Positions 27,044 through 35,671 of a stretch of DNA of 41,274 nucleotides are shown in pieces. Every line of letters begins with the position of its first letter. Within the stretch, counting starts at the first letter, position 1. Location: contig JBDTRF010000003.1 in NCBI GenBank assembly GCA_039931815.1, positions 1 through 41,274 on the forward strand. The letters run 5' to 3'. A program made the position numbers and the translations under genes. The notes under the pieces were generated by a model. It was not told the DNA's origin. It ran no database searches and worked only from the letters and a program-made list of their open reading frames with translations. The DNA comes from Gemmatimonadota bacterium. Lineage in GTDB: Bacteria > Gemmatimonadota > Gemmatimonadetes > Gemmatimonadales > GWC2-71-9.

Positions 27044-27737
27044 GCAGACCCGGATCGCCCTGGTGGGTGACCACAACCCTGCGGTCATCGCGCACCAGGG
27101 TATCCAACGTTCGCTTGAGATGGCTGGTGCCGACATGCCGGACCTCGCCTGGGACTGGGTACACACGACGTCAATCGGCAACAATGCGGCGACGAGGCTG
27201 GCGGAGTATTCCGGAATCTGGGTCGTGCCCGCCAGTCCGTATACGAGTACCGACGGCGCGTTTGCCGCCATTCGACACGCTCGCGAAACCCCGGTTCCCT
27301 TTCTGGGGACCTGCGGTGGTTTTCAGCACGCGGTGCTCGAATATGTGCACAGCGTGCTCCTCCTGCCCCAGGCGGAGCATGGAGAGTCCGCTCCCGGTTC
27401 GCCCTTTCCACTGATTTCGCCCTTGACCTGCTCGCTGGTCGAAACGAAGGGTGGCGTGAAGGCGGTGGCGGACACGCGCTTCGCCGGGATCTACGGAGCT
27501 GCCTCAAGGGACGAGGGATATCACTGCAGCTTCGGCCTCAATCCGCAGTACGAAAACCTGTTCGGATCAGGCCCGCTTCGCATCGCGGCAAGAGACGAGA
27601 CTGGAGAAGTGAGAGCCATGGAGCTCGAGGGGCATCCGTTCTATATCATCACCCTTTTTCAGCCCGAGCGCAGCGCACTCCGCAGCCAGGTTCACCCCCT
27701 GATTCTCGCATTCCTTCATGCATCTGCCCACCCATGA
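27036..27737 (+). CDS. Stand-alone class I glutamine-amidotransferase-like protein related to the CTP synthase C-terminal domain
   Basis: IALVGD, GIWVVPASPY, PFLGTCGGFQH (nucleophile Cys), YHCSFGLN, HPFYIITLFQPE; no synthase domain. Confidence 0.85.
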   Translation: MNKQTRIALVGDHNPAVIAHQGIQRSLEMAGADMPDLAWDWVHTTSIGNNAATRLAEYSGIWVVPASPYTSTDGAFAAIRHARETPVPFLGTCGGFQHAVLEYVHSVLLLPQAEHGESAPGSPFPLISPLTCSLVETKGGVKAVADTRFAGIYGAASRDEGYHCSFGLNPQYENLFGSGPLRIAARDETGEVRAMELEGHPFYIITLFQPERSALRSQVHPLILAFLHASAHP

Positions 27738-28735
27738 CACTCAGCTTTCGAGATCATCCACCACCAGGCGCCATCGATAGACCCGCACCGGCCGCAGCAC
27801 GGGCGCGGTGGTTCACCCTGCTCTGCCTCATGCTGCTCCACCCCGTCGGCCTGGTCGCTCAGAATTCACCGGCTCATGAAAAGGCCGATCGTCGGCTTCA
27901 GCAACAGCTGGACGCCCTGGTGAAGGGGTTTCACGGCGACGCAGGCATCTATGTTCGCCACCTTCGGACTGGCCGCTCGGCCGCTATCCGGGAGAACGAG
28001 CTGTTCCCGACCGCGAGCATGATCAAGGTTCCCATCCTCATCGCGATGCATGATGCGATCAAACGGGGAGAGCTGGCGTTCAATCAACAGCTGCTCTATC
28101 GCGATTCCCTGCTCTACGAAGGCGATGACATCCTCGGCTCATTCAGGGATTCGACCGGTATCGCGCTCGGCCGGGTTCTGATGTTAATGATTACCATGAG
28201 CGACAACACCGCGGCACTCTGGAATCAGCGGATGGCAGGGAGCGGAACAGCGATCAACGACTGGCTGTCCTCTCACGGATTCGATTCGACCCGGGTCAAC
28301 TCCCGGACGCCGGGCCGGCAGGGGAACTGGCAGAACTACGGATGGGGACAGACCACGCCGCGAGAGATGGCCAACCTGCTGGTGATGATCCGGGAGAATC
28401 GAGCGGTGTCGCCAGCCGCCAGTGAGGAGATGTATCGAGCGCTTACGCATATCTACTGGAACGGTGAGGCGCTCTCCCAGTTGCCACCCTGGGTCCAGGC
28501 CGCATCCAAGCAGGGCGATGTGGATCAGTCACGATCTGAGGTCGTCCTGGTAAATGCACCATCGGGTGACTACGTGTTCTGCATCATTACCAGTCACCAG
28601 GTGGACGAGAGCTGGGAACATGACAACGAAGGCTGGGTACTCATCCGCCGACTGTCAGCGCTCCTGTGGAAATATTTCGAGCCGGAACATCCCTGGACGG
28701 CCGCGCCAGGGGCCGAAAGACTCAAGCCCCAGTAG
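27734..28735 (+). CDS. Class A beta-lactamase-fold serine hydrolase (Beta-lactamase2-like), exported
   Basis: FPTASMIK (SxxK), MITMSDN (SDN), TTPREM, ASKQG (KTG variant); hydrophobic signal-like segment; ATGA overlap. Confidence 0.85.
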   Translation: MTLSFRDHPPPGAIDRPAPAAARARWFTLLCLMLLHPVGLVAQNSPAHEKADRRLQQQLDALVKGFHGDAGIYVRHLRTGRSAAIRENELFPTASMIKVPILIAMHDAIKRGELAFNQQLLYRDSLLYEGDDILGSFRDSTGIALGRVLMLMITMSDNTAALWNQRMAGSGTAINDWLSSHGFDSTRVNSRTPGRQGNWQNYGWGQTTPREMANLLVMIRENRAVSPAASEEMYRALTHIYWNGEALSQLPPWVQAASKQGDVDQSRSEVVLVNAPSGDYVFCIITSHQVDESWEHDNEGWVLIRRLSALLWKYFEPEHPWTAAPGAERLKPQ

Positions 28736-28751
28736 ATCGAGCGCCCTGACC

Positions 28752-29603
28752 ATGTATCTCGTCTATGTGCTCCTGGTGAGTGGCATGTACGCGGCAGCAT
28801 TCTCGGTCGGCTCCCGCACCCTGCGGCGATGGCTCGGAAAATCACGGCGACCAGGAGTCCGCCCCGACATTCCCCAGCACTGGCACGCTCTGCTCGCGAG
28901 TCACGTTCCGCTTGCTCGGACACTGACCGGGATCCAACGGGTCCGCCTGCTCGAAAAAACCCAGGACCTGGTGGAGACACGACACTGGGAGGGGTGTGGC
29001 GGTCTTACCCTTTCCGAAGAGATCAAGGTTTCGATCGCGGCCCAGGCCTGTCTCCTGATCCTCGAGCGGGAAGGAGATCCCTATCCTGAGCTGGAGTCCA
29101 TCCTCGTCTATCCGGATACGTTTCGTCCTCGACACTTCAGCTGGACACCTTCCTCCGACCCTAATGAGCTGGATCCTGCATTGGGCGAATCCTGGAAGCA
29201 CGGTGTGGTTATCCTGGCCTGGGACAGCGTCCAGGCCGGTGCCATGAACCCCTTTGACGGTCAGAACGTGGTGCTCCACGAATTCGCCCACCAGCTCGAT
29301 AGCGCCGGTGGCGATCTCGATGGGATTCCGCTCCTCGGGGGGAAATCGGCTTACGCGGCGTGGACTGCCGTATTGGAAGCGGAGTTTTCCCGACTCCAGG
29401 AAGACGACGACCAGGCCAGACCCAGCGTGCTGGATCACTACGGTGCGACCAATCGCGCAGAATTTTTTGCCGTGGCAACCGAAGCGTTTTTTGAGAAGTC
29501 GCGACTGCTGCGGGATAAACACCCCGAACTCTATGCGCGGCTTCGCGGCTACTACCGGCAGGACCCGGCGGAGGCAGAGAGTGGCAGAAACGACGCACCC
29601 TGA
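28752..29603 (+). CDS. M90-family zinc metallopeptidase (MtfA/YeeI-like) with N-terminal TM
   Basis: IAAQACL, ILVYP, LGESW..G.VILAW, DGQNVVLHEFAHQLD (HEXXH), YGATNRAEFFAVATEAFFE. Confidence 0.9.
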   Translation: MYLVYVLLVSGMYAAAFSVGSRTLRRWLGKSRRPGVRPDIPQHWHALLASHVPLARTLTGIQRVRLLEKTQDLVETRHWEGCGGLTLSEEIKVSIAAQACLLILEREGDPYPELESILVYPDTFRPRHFSWTPSSDPNELDPALGESWKHGVVILAWDSVQAGAMNPFDGQNVVLHEFAHQLDSAGGDLDGIPLLGGKSAYAAWTAVLEAEFSRLQEDDDQARPSVLDHYGATNRAEFFAVATEAFFEKSRLLRDKHPELYARLRGYYRQDPAEAESGRNDAP

Positions 29604-29648
29604 CGCGAATTGCTTTTTTCTCCTCACCCGCCCATCTATTTTATCCCG

Positions 29649-30218
29649 ATGCAACCACCCTGGGCTCTCGATTCGTCCACCGTTATTCGACCGCTCGAGG
29701 CGGCCGACGCTTCCGCCATGTTTCGCCTGATCCAGGAAAACAGGAACCACCTCGATCGATGGCTTCGCTGGTCAGGTTCTCTTACTTCGCTGGAGAAGGT
29801 CGCCGAGTTCATCGACCGGTTCCAGGCCAGGAAGTCGGCCGGAGAGGGATACCACTGCGGGATCTGGGTGAATGAAAGACTGGCGGGCGGCCAGGTGTGC
29901 TGGTACATCAACCGCCACAATCAGAACTGCGAGATCGGCTATTGGCTCGGAGCGGAATTTGTCGGTCGAGGGCTGGCGACCAGGGCAACGATCACGGCAA
30001 TCGAATACCTCTTTGACGATGAGAAGCTCAACCGGATCGAGATGCAGTGCGGAGTTCAAAATACCAGGAGCCGGGCCGTGGCCGAACGGCTCGGGTTTCA
30101 CAACGAGGGCATTCGGCGTGAATCACACTGGATAACGAGCCGGTTCGTTGACCATGTTGTCTATGGTCTGCTGGTGGCGGAATGGAAGCGCGAATCACCT
30201 GAGGCCGGAGCCGACTGA
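29649..30218 (+). CDS. GNAT N-acetyltransferase, RimJ/RimL type
   Basis: NRNHLDRWLRW, EIGYWLG..FVGRGLAT, LNRIEM.C...NTRSRAVAERLGF..EG..R; start ATG 29649 (alternative 29610). Confidence 0.9.
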   Translation: MQPPWALDSSTVIRPLEAADASAMFRLIQENRNHLDRWLRWSGSLTSLEKVAEFIDRFQARKSAGEGYHCGIWVNERLAGGQVCWYINRHNQNCEIGYWLGAEFVGRGLATRATITAIEYLFDDEKLNRIEMQCGVQNTRSRAVAERLGFHNEGIRRESHWITSRFVDHVVYGLLVAEWKRESPEAGAD

Positions 30219-30299
30219 AACGCCGCCGACCGCAGGACTCTCCAGGGTTCTCCCGCAGACCAGAGTCCCGGTTCCCCCCAAATCTGACGGAGCGTCGCT

Positions 30300-30653
30300 G
30301 TGCCAGTTCTCCTTCGTACGACGGTACTGCTGATTCTTTCCAACCTGTTCATGACCTTTGCCTGGTACGGCCACCTCAGAAACCTTCACAACCGGCCCTG
30401 GTATATCGCGGCCCTGGTCAGCTGGGGCATCGCCCTGTTCGAGTACCTGCTGCAGGTACCGGCGAATCGCCTCGGATACACCGTGTACAACCTGGGGCAA
30501 CTCAAGATGCTTCAGGAGGTTATCACCCTGAGTGTCTTTGTGCCCTTTGCCGTCCTGTACATGCGCCAGCCGCTTCGGCTCGACTACCTCTGGGCCGGCC
30601 TCTGCCTTCTCGGCGCCGTCTACTTCATTTTCCGTCATCCCGCGGCAGCGTGA
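30300..30653 (+). CDS. DMT-superfamily small membrane protein (DUF486-like)
   Basis: SNLFMTFAWYGHL, SWGIALFEYLLQVPANR.G, QLKMLQEVITL.VFVPF. Confidence 0.9.
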   Translation: MPVLLRTTVLLILSNLFMTFAWYGHLRNLHNRPWYIAALVSWGIALFEYLLQVPANRLGYTVYNLGQLKMLQEVITLSVFVPFAVLYMRQPLRLDYLWAGLCLLGAVYFIFRHPAAA

Positions 30654-30746
30654 TCCGTTCCTGAGGCCTCAGATCACCAACATTGTCCCGTGATCTACCT
30701 AGATTAAAGCGCGTGTCGAGGGATACGCCTATTTCGCGGAGTCAGC

Positions 30747-31301
30747 ATGGAATCACAGGGGGAAACCGGGGCAAAAGCGACTGGCCTGCCGCCGGTCATC
30801 GAACGCAATATCAAGACCCTCATTGACCGGAGAGCGAGCGAATACCGGTCGGCTCGGCTTGACCATCGGATGGCGGCGGCCATTTCCCGGTTCCTTGGCA
30901 GCCTTAACTTTCTGTACGTCAACCTGCTCTTTTTCTTCACCTGGATTGCCATCAACGCGGGATGGATCAACGTCAGGATTCCCTTTGACCATTCGTTTGT
31001 CATCCTGGCCGGGGTGGTCAGCATAGAATCCCTCTTTCTGTCCACCTTTGTCCTGATCAGTCAGAACCGCCTGGCGGCGATGTCCGAGAAACGCGCGGAC
31101 CTGGACCTCCAGATGAGCCTGCTCTCGGAACACGAGATCACGCAGCTGATCAACCTGGTAACCCAGATCGCGGAACGCATGAACATCGCCGACGCCAGGA
31201 ACCCCGAACTTACCGACCTGGCACAGCACGTCGCACCGGAACAGGTGATGGACCACATGGAAGCGCATGAAGTGGCCGAAATGAACCGGATGGGATTATG
31301 A
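30747..31301 (+). CDS. DUF1003-family membrane protein
   Basis: A..ISRFLGS..F, WI.IN, PFD..F, SIES.FLSTFVLISQNR, ADLDLQ.SLL.EHE.T. Confidence 0.85.
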   Translation: MESQGETGAKATGLPPVIERNIKTLIDRRASEYRSARLDHRMAAAISRFLGSLNFLYVNLLFFFTWIAINAGWINVRIPFDHSFVILAGVVSIESLFLSTFVLISQNRLAAMSEKRADLDLQMSLLSEHEITQLINLVTQIAERMNIADARNPELTDLAQHVAPEQVMDHMEAHEVAEMNRMGL

Positions 31302-32323
31302 GGGGCATCACGCTCCTGTTTGCCATATGCCTGGCCCCGGCCGCGCCGCTCCTGGGCCAGGGCCCGGAAACGGGTAACGCCAGGAGCACCGTCGCTTCAC
31401 CGCAGGTCCTCGAAGGATTTCTACCCGCGACCGATGGCGCCCGGCTTTTCTTTCGAGTGGTCGGGTCAGGCGGCGACACTATCGTCGTGATCCATGGAGG
31501 CCCGGCCTCGGGCCTCAAAGAGGCGCTTGATCTCGAACCGCTGGCCGCCCGGAATCATACGCTCATCTTTTATGACCAGCGTGGAGCCGGGATGTCCGAG
31601 TTGGTTGCGGTACCGTCGCGCCTGGGTCTTCCATCTCACGTGGAAGATCTCGAGGCGGTGCGGCGCCGATTCAAGCTTAATCGCCTCACTCTCATTACCA
31701 TCTCCTGGGGTTCGGCGATCGCGCTGCACTATGCCATTGCCCATCCAGGTGCCGTTGAACGCGTGGCGATGCTCAACCCCTTTCCGCCAACCGGAAAGGA
31801 ATACGTCCGGCGCTTCGCTCATCTCGATTCCCTGCGGGATCAATCGACCAGGGCGCGACTGCGGGCCATCGACAGCCTGTGGCCCCTGGCGGCGGATTCT
31901 CAGCTTGCGGCCTTATGTCGGGAAAGCGCATTGACCGCGAGTCGGGCATACAATCTCCCGGGCGTCACCCCTGGGACTCCCCGGGGGGACCCCTGCGATT
32001 ATCCTCCCGAGGTCCTTCGGTTTCGCCGGACGGCGCGAATCGCGGCGATGCGCGGGCTGGGGGCGGAGTATGACTTTGCCGATGCGCTGTCGAGGGTTTC
32101 CCGGCCAATACTGGTTGTCGAAGGCGCTGAATCGAGGCTTGGCCTCGACCCGGCGAAGACATGGGCCAGCAAGGCACAGGACGCGAGACTCCTCCTCATT
32201 GCCCGCTCGGGACATCGCACCTGGCTCGATCGCCCGGAAGCATTGTTTACGGCCCTGGATGAGTTCGTTCAAGGTCACTGGCCGAGTGGCGCTGTTGAAG
32301 TCCCTGATCAAGACCCGCGCTGA
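31298..32323 (+). CDS. Exported alpha/beta-fold hydrolase (proline iminopeptidase-like)
   Basis: Signal peptide, HGGP oxyanion loop, YDQRGAG.S, nucleophile elbow TISWG, C-terminal SGH; ATGA overlap. Confidence 0.85.
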   Translation: MRGITLLFAICLAPAAPLLGQGPETGNARSTVASPQVLEGFLPATDGARLFFRVVGSGGDTIVVIHGGPASGLKEALDLEPLAARNHTLIFYDQRGAGMSELVAVPSRLGLPSHVEDLEAVRRRFKLNRLTLITISWGSAIALHYAIAHPGAVERVAMLNPFPPTGKEYVRRFAHLDSLRDQSTRARLRAIDSLWPLAADSQLAALCRESALTASRAYNLPGVTPGTPRGDPCDYPPEVLRFRRTARIAAMRGLGAEYDFADALSRVSRPILVVEGAESRLGLDPAKTWASKAQDARLLLIARSGHRTWLDRPEALFTALDEFVQGHWPSGAVEVPDQDPR

Positions 32324-32545
32324 AAACGGTTTCGTGAAACCGCCCCGCGCGAGCGCGGCATTTCCAGGAATGGCTTTCCCGGCAAATCGCTGTTTCGTGT
32401 GGGACCTGGCAATTCTCCCTTCACTCTTTAGATCATTCGAGTTTTTTCAAGCAGCAACTCAATGCTTGAGAACTTTCACCGGTTACGCGGGGTTCCGAGG
32501 TTGTGACGACACGACTTCGAAGCCGGTTCATCCAGGAAGGACCTG

Positions 32546-33004
32546 ATGTCGGGACGACTCGAAGCCATCTGGATCAAACGGTCTCACGCCGGCAAAATGG
32601 ATCCGGTTGTCTCTGCTACCCTGGTCGCCGGAAAGGGCATTGTCGGTAATGCGGACCAGGGGCGCCGAAGACAAGTGACCCTTATCGAGCGTGAGATCTG
32701 GGAACGGATGATGAAGGAGGTTCATTCCGACGCGGCGCCATCAGTGCGTCGGGCCAACCTGATGGTAAGCGGAATTTCGCTGGCAGGAAAACGAGGCAGC
32801 GTGATCAGAATCGGGGCATGTCGAATTCGGATCCAGGGAGAGACCAAGCCGTGCAACCTCATGGAGGAAAGCGTTCCCGGCCTTCAAACGGCCATGTTTC
32901 CCGACTGGCGTGGGGGAGCGTTCGGGGAAGTGCTCGATGATGGTGACATCGCAGCGGGTGACCTGGTAGACTGGGCCGCGGAGATGGAACAGAGGCAGGC
33001 GTGA
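32546..33004 (+). CDS. MOSC-domain protein
   Basis: G.GIVGN, RQVTLI, RRANL.VSGI, GETKPC..M, GG.FG.VL..G.I..GD; AAGGA RBS. Confidence 0.9.
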   Translation: MSGRLEAIWIKRSHAGKMDPVVSATLVAGKGIVGNADQGRRRQVTLIEREIWERMMKEVHSDAAPSVRRANLMVSGISLAGKRGSVIRIGACRIRIQGETKPCNLMEESVPGLQTAMFPDWRGGAFGEVLDDGDIAAGDLVDWAAEMEQRQA

Positions 33005-33024
33005 CGCCGAGACTCGAAACGAGA

Positions 33025-33052
33025 AAACGCCATCGGTGAACCGATGGCGTTT
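33025..33052. terminator. Bidirectional terminator-like hairpin between convergent MOSC and msrB genes
   Basis: Perfect 12-bp stem AAACGCCATCGG-tgaa-CCGATGGCGTTT. Confidence 0.7.
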
Positions 33053-33076
33053 GTCTATCAGACCCTATCGGGGTTT

Positions 33077-33640
33077 CTAGTGGCTCGCCGCAGCCTTCTT
33101 GAAGAGCGATGCAAACTGTCCGTACCCCTCTGCATCGAGTCGTTCCGCCGGAATGAAGCGAAGGGCCGCCGAGTTGATACAGTAACGGAGGCCTGTCGGC
33201 GCAGGGCCATCGTCAAAGAGATGACCGAGATGCGAGTCCGCATGCCTGGACCGGATCTCGTTTCTTACCATGAACAGCGATCGATCCGTTTTGGTCTTCA
33301 GATTCCGCGCCTCGAGCGGCCGGGTAAAGCTGGGCCAGCCCGTGCCTGAATCGAACTTATCGGTCGAGCTGAAAAGCGGCTCTCCCGATACCACGTCCAC
33401 ATAGATGCCCGCTCGATGATTGTCCCAGAATTCATTCTGAAAAGGAGTTTCCGTCACGTCCTGCTGGGTGACGGCAAACTGAGCGGGCGTGAGCTTCTGC
33501 TTGAGAACATCAGGTGATGGCTTGTGAAAGGACTCCGGGTGCCACCCTGCTGACGTCGCCATGGTCTGCGCACCCGCTGCGGTCGCAACAGCGGCAAGGG
33601 TGAGGAGAACCAACGGGACTGCCTGCAAAGATCGTTTCAT
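33077..33640 (-). CDS. msrB: Peptide-methionine (R)-S-oxide reductase, exported
   Basis: Signal peptide (AGA-Q); [49 protein letters not shown]; no Zn CxxC pairs. Confidence 0.95.
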   Translation of the reverse strand: MKRSLQAVPLVLLTLAAVATAAGAQTMATSAGWHPESFHKPSPDVLKQKLTPAQFAVTQQDVTETPFQNEFWDNHRAGIYVDVVSGEPLFSSTDKFDSGTGWPSFTRPLEARNLKTKTDRSLFMVRNEIRSRHADSHLGHLFDDGPAPTGLRYCINSAALRFIPAERLDAEGYGQFASLFKKAAASH

Positions 33641-33679
33641 ATTCGTCTGCCTTTTTTTCTTGCGGCCGTGTTCGTCAGG

Positions 33680-34333
33680 TCAGTTGGTGGAATGGTACGC
33701 GAGTTTCCCCCATACAGCATCCAGCTTCGCATCGCGACCACATCCGATCCGATAGGAGCCATACCCAACCGGGTTCCGGCGCGCGTAGTCCTGGTGATAC
33801 GCCTCCGCGGGATAAAACGGGGTTTCCCGGAGTACCTGAGTCGCGATGGGATGATCCAGCGCTTTGGACTGCTCTATCGCTGTCTTCGAGGCCAGGATCG
33901 CCTGATGCTGGGCCTCATCCTGGTAAAAGATGGCGGTGCGATACTGAGTACCGAAATCGCAGAACTGTCCATTCGGCGAGGTCGGATCGATGTCGTGCCA
34001 GAAGGCGTCGAGCAACCTGGCGTACGTGACTTTCGCCGGGTCATACACCACCTTGACCGCCTCCATGTGACCGGTTCTACCAGAAGATACTTCTTCGTAG
34101 CTCGGGTTCTTTACATTCCCGCCGGTAAACCCTGAGGTCGCGGACACGACGCCATCCATCTCATCAAACAGTTTCTCAATGGACCAGAAACAGCCGCCGG
34201 CAAACACCGCTGTCGCTGTCGGCCCGGTAACAACAGGAATTGGGCGCGGGCCGCGATCCAACGCCCGGTTGCCCAGAAACAGCAGGCCTCCCAATGCAAA
34301 GAGTCCGATCAAAGCCGGTGGTTTGAACGACAC
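33680..34333 (-). CDS. msrA: Peptide-methionine (S)-S-oxide reductase, exported or membrane-anchored
   Basis: FAGGCFW, SGFTGG, YEEV..G.TGH.EAV, GQFCD.G.QYR, AE.YHQDY. GTG start at 34333 with AAGGAG RBS and a hydrophobic N-terminus. Confidence 0.95.
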   Translation of the reverse strand: MSFKPPALIGLFALGGLLFLGNRALDRGPRPIPVVTGPTATAVFAGGCFWSIEKLFDEMDGVVSATSGFTGGNVKNPSYEEVSSGRTGHMEAVKVVYDPAKVTYARLLDAFWHDIDPTSPNGQFCDFGTQYRTAIFYQDEAQHQAILASKTAIEQSKALDHPIATQVLRETPFYPAEAYHQDYARRNPVGYGSYRIGCGRDAKLDAVWGKLAYHSTN

Positions 34334-34368
34334 AGTTGAGCTCCTTCGGGGGTATTCGAGTGGCTGCA

Positions 34369-34383
34369 ATTATATCATATAAT
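34369..34383 (-). promoter_or_regulatory. Extended -10 promoter (TGaTATAAT) of msrA embedded in a perfect 7-1-7 palindrome
   Basis: ATTATAT-C-ATATAAT, read on the minus strand as ATTATATGATATAAT; 35 nt upstream of the msrA GTG. Confidence 0.6.
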
Positions 34384-34779
34384 ACGCTTGAGGGGTCGTC
34401 CTGGTTCTCTGCCACAGGGTCAGAAGTTGGTCCGGACCTTTCAAATCGTTGCGGAACGGGACGATTGCTCCCGGGAACGGGGCAAGCCTGAGACGGAACT
34501 CAATATCTTTCTTAGAGTTACCATAGCCAATCGGTCGTGATACCTTGGCCAGGACCATCCCCGCACTCCTGCCGGGATCCTGGCCTTCTAAGCATGGCAA
34601 TCGCAATACAGTGCGATTTTCTCTCGACCGATGACCCGGAAGGCAGGCTGGCATAAACCCCGGCCTTGAAACAGAATTCAACCTGCACTCGAGAGTCACC
34701 GGAGATGCTTCGGGCATTCCGCATGTTTATGAGAGAGATGAGTTGTGGTCGAACCCCTAAAACCCTGAGGAACTGGCTC

Positions 34780-35496
34780 ATGCTGCGTACCCTCTGTGCC
34801 CTCGCTGTCCTGATCGTACCAGTCTGCTCCGCCCAGGAGCCTGCACCTCGTCCAGTCGAATTGACGGGTGAGGTTGGATTCGTGAATACGGCGGGCAACA
34901 CCGACCTCACCACCCTCAACGCGGGTGAAAAGATCAAGTATACGATGACCAGGGTGACGTTGAACCAGTTTTTTGCGCTGGTCTATGGCGAGACTGATGG
35001 GCAGACGACAACCAGTCTATGGCGGACGGGGGTTCGGGCGGACTATGCGTTATCCACGCGCCTGGCGGTTTTTGGCTCCGGAGCCTTTGATCGGAATCGG
35101 TTCGCCGGCATTCAGCGGCGGTTTGAAGAGGGGGCGGGACTCGGCTTCAAAGCAATTGCCAGTGAGCGCGATAAGCTCGAATTCGAAGGGGGAATCGCCA
35201 TAACCCAGCAGCGCTCAACCCTGGGTGTGGACGATGACTTTACGGCCGCGCGGACGGCCGCGATGTTTCAGCACAACTTCAAGCCAACCGCGTACTTCCT
35301 GCAGACCATCGAAGTCTTGCCCAACCTCGAGACGAGTGAGGACCTGCGGATCAATACCGAAACGGCATTGGTAGCCCCCCTCTCAAAGCGGTTCGCGGTC
35401 AAACTCTCGTATGTGATCCGCTACGACAAGCTTCCGGAACCCGGGTTCAAGAAGACCGACCGTCTCTTTACCTCCGGACTTCAGGTGACACTGTAA
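34780..35496 (+). CDS. DUF481 (YdiY-like) outer-membrane beta-barrel protein
   Basis: GAGGA RBS, signal peptide (CSA-Q), G..ELG...TAGNT, DRNRFAG...R...GAGLG, C-terminal K.D...TSGLQVTL. Confidence 0.85.
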   Translation: MLRTLCALAVLIVPVCSAQEPAPRPVELTGEVGFVNTAGNTDLTTLNAGEKIKYTMTRVTLNQFFALVYGETDGQTTTSLWRTGVRADYALSTRLAVFGSGAFDRNRFAGIQRRFEEGAGLGFKAIASERDKLEFEGGIAITQQRSTLGVDDDFTAARTAAMFQHNFKPTAYFLQTIEVLPNLETSEDLRINTETALVAPLSKRFAVKLSYVIRYDKLPEPGFKKTDRLFTSGLQVTL

Positions 35497-35506
35497 ACGG
35501 CGGTTG

Positions 35507-35630
35507 CTGACAAGGGACAAGTGACAGGTAAGGGTAAAGGTGACCAGTTGACCACGGGCCGCTGGGAAGCAAAGCTCTCATCGTGATTGCCTGCCATGCC
35601 CCTCTCACTTGTCACTGGTCATTCTTTACC
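35507..35630. repeat. Degenerate heptamer repeats (GTGACAA-like) arranged as an inverted pair
   Basis: Left arm CTGACAA GGGACAA GTGACAG...GGTAAAG GTGACCA GTTGACCA; right arm TCTCAC TTGTCAC TGGTCAT TCTTTACC (reverse complement GGTAAAGA ATGACCA GTGACAA GTGAGA). Confidence 0.65.
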
Positions 35631-35671
35631 TCCACGGATCATCTGCAATCTTTCACCGTTTACCTGGCAGA

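Noticed and set aside
32324-32545. Molybdenum-cofactor riboswitch upstream of the MOSC gene
   Set aside because: Several short hairpins are present, but I could not match the Moco/Wco RNA consensus. An Infernal/Rfam scan would be decisive.
12618-33004. Integron cassette array
   Set aside because: No intI and no repeated RYYYAAC...GTTRRRY attC palindromes seen. Many genes overlap by 4-11 nt, leaving no room for attC sites. Isolated GTTAG/ATTAG words (e.g. 15310, 21488, 26427) lack partner arms.
34690-34730. Fluoride-riboswitch-like GGAGATG...CATTCC segment upstream of DUF481
   Set aside because: Only a short imperfect hairpin; lacks the GGNGATGG..TTCNCC core, pseudoknot partner and fluoride-related genes.
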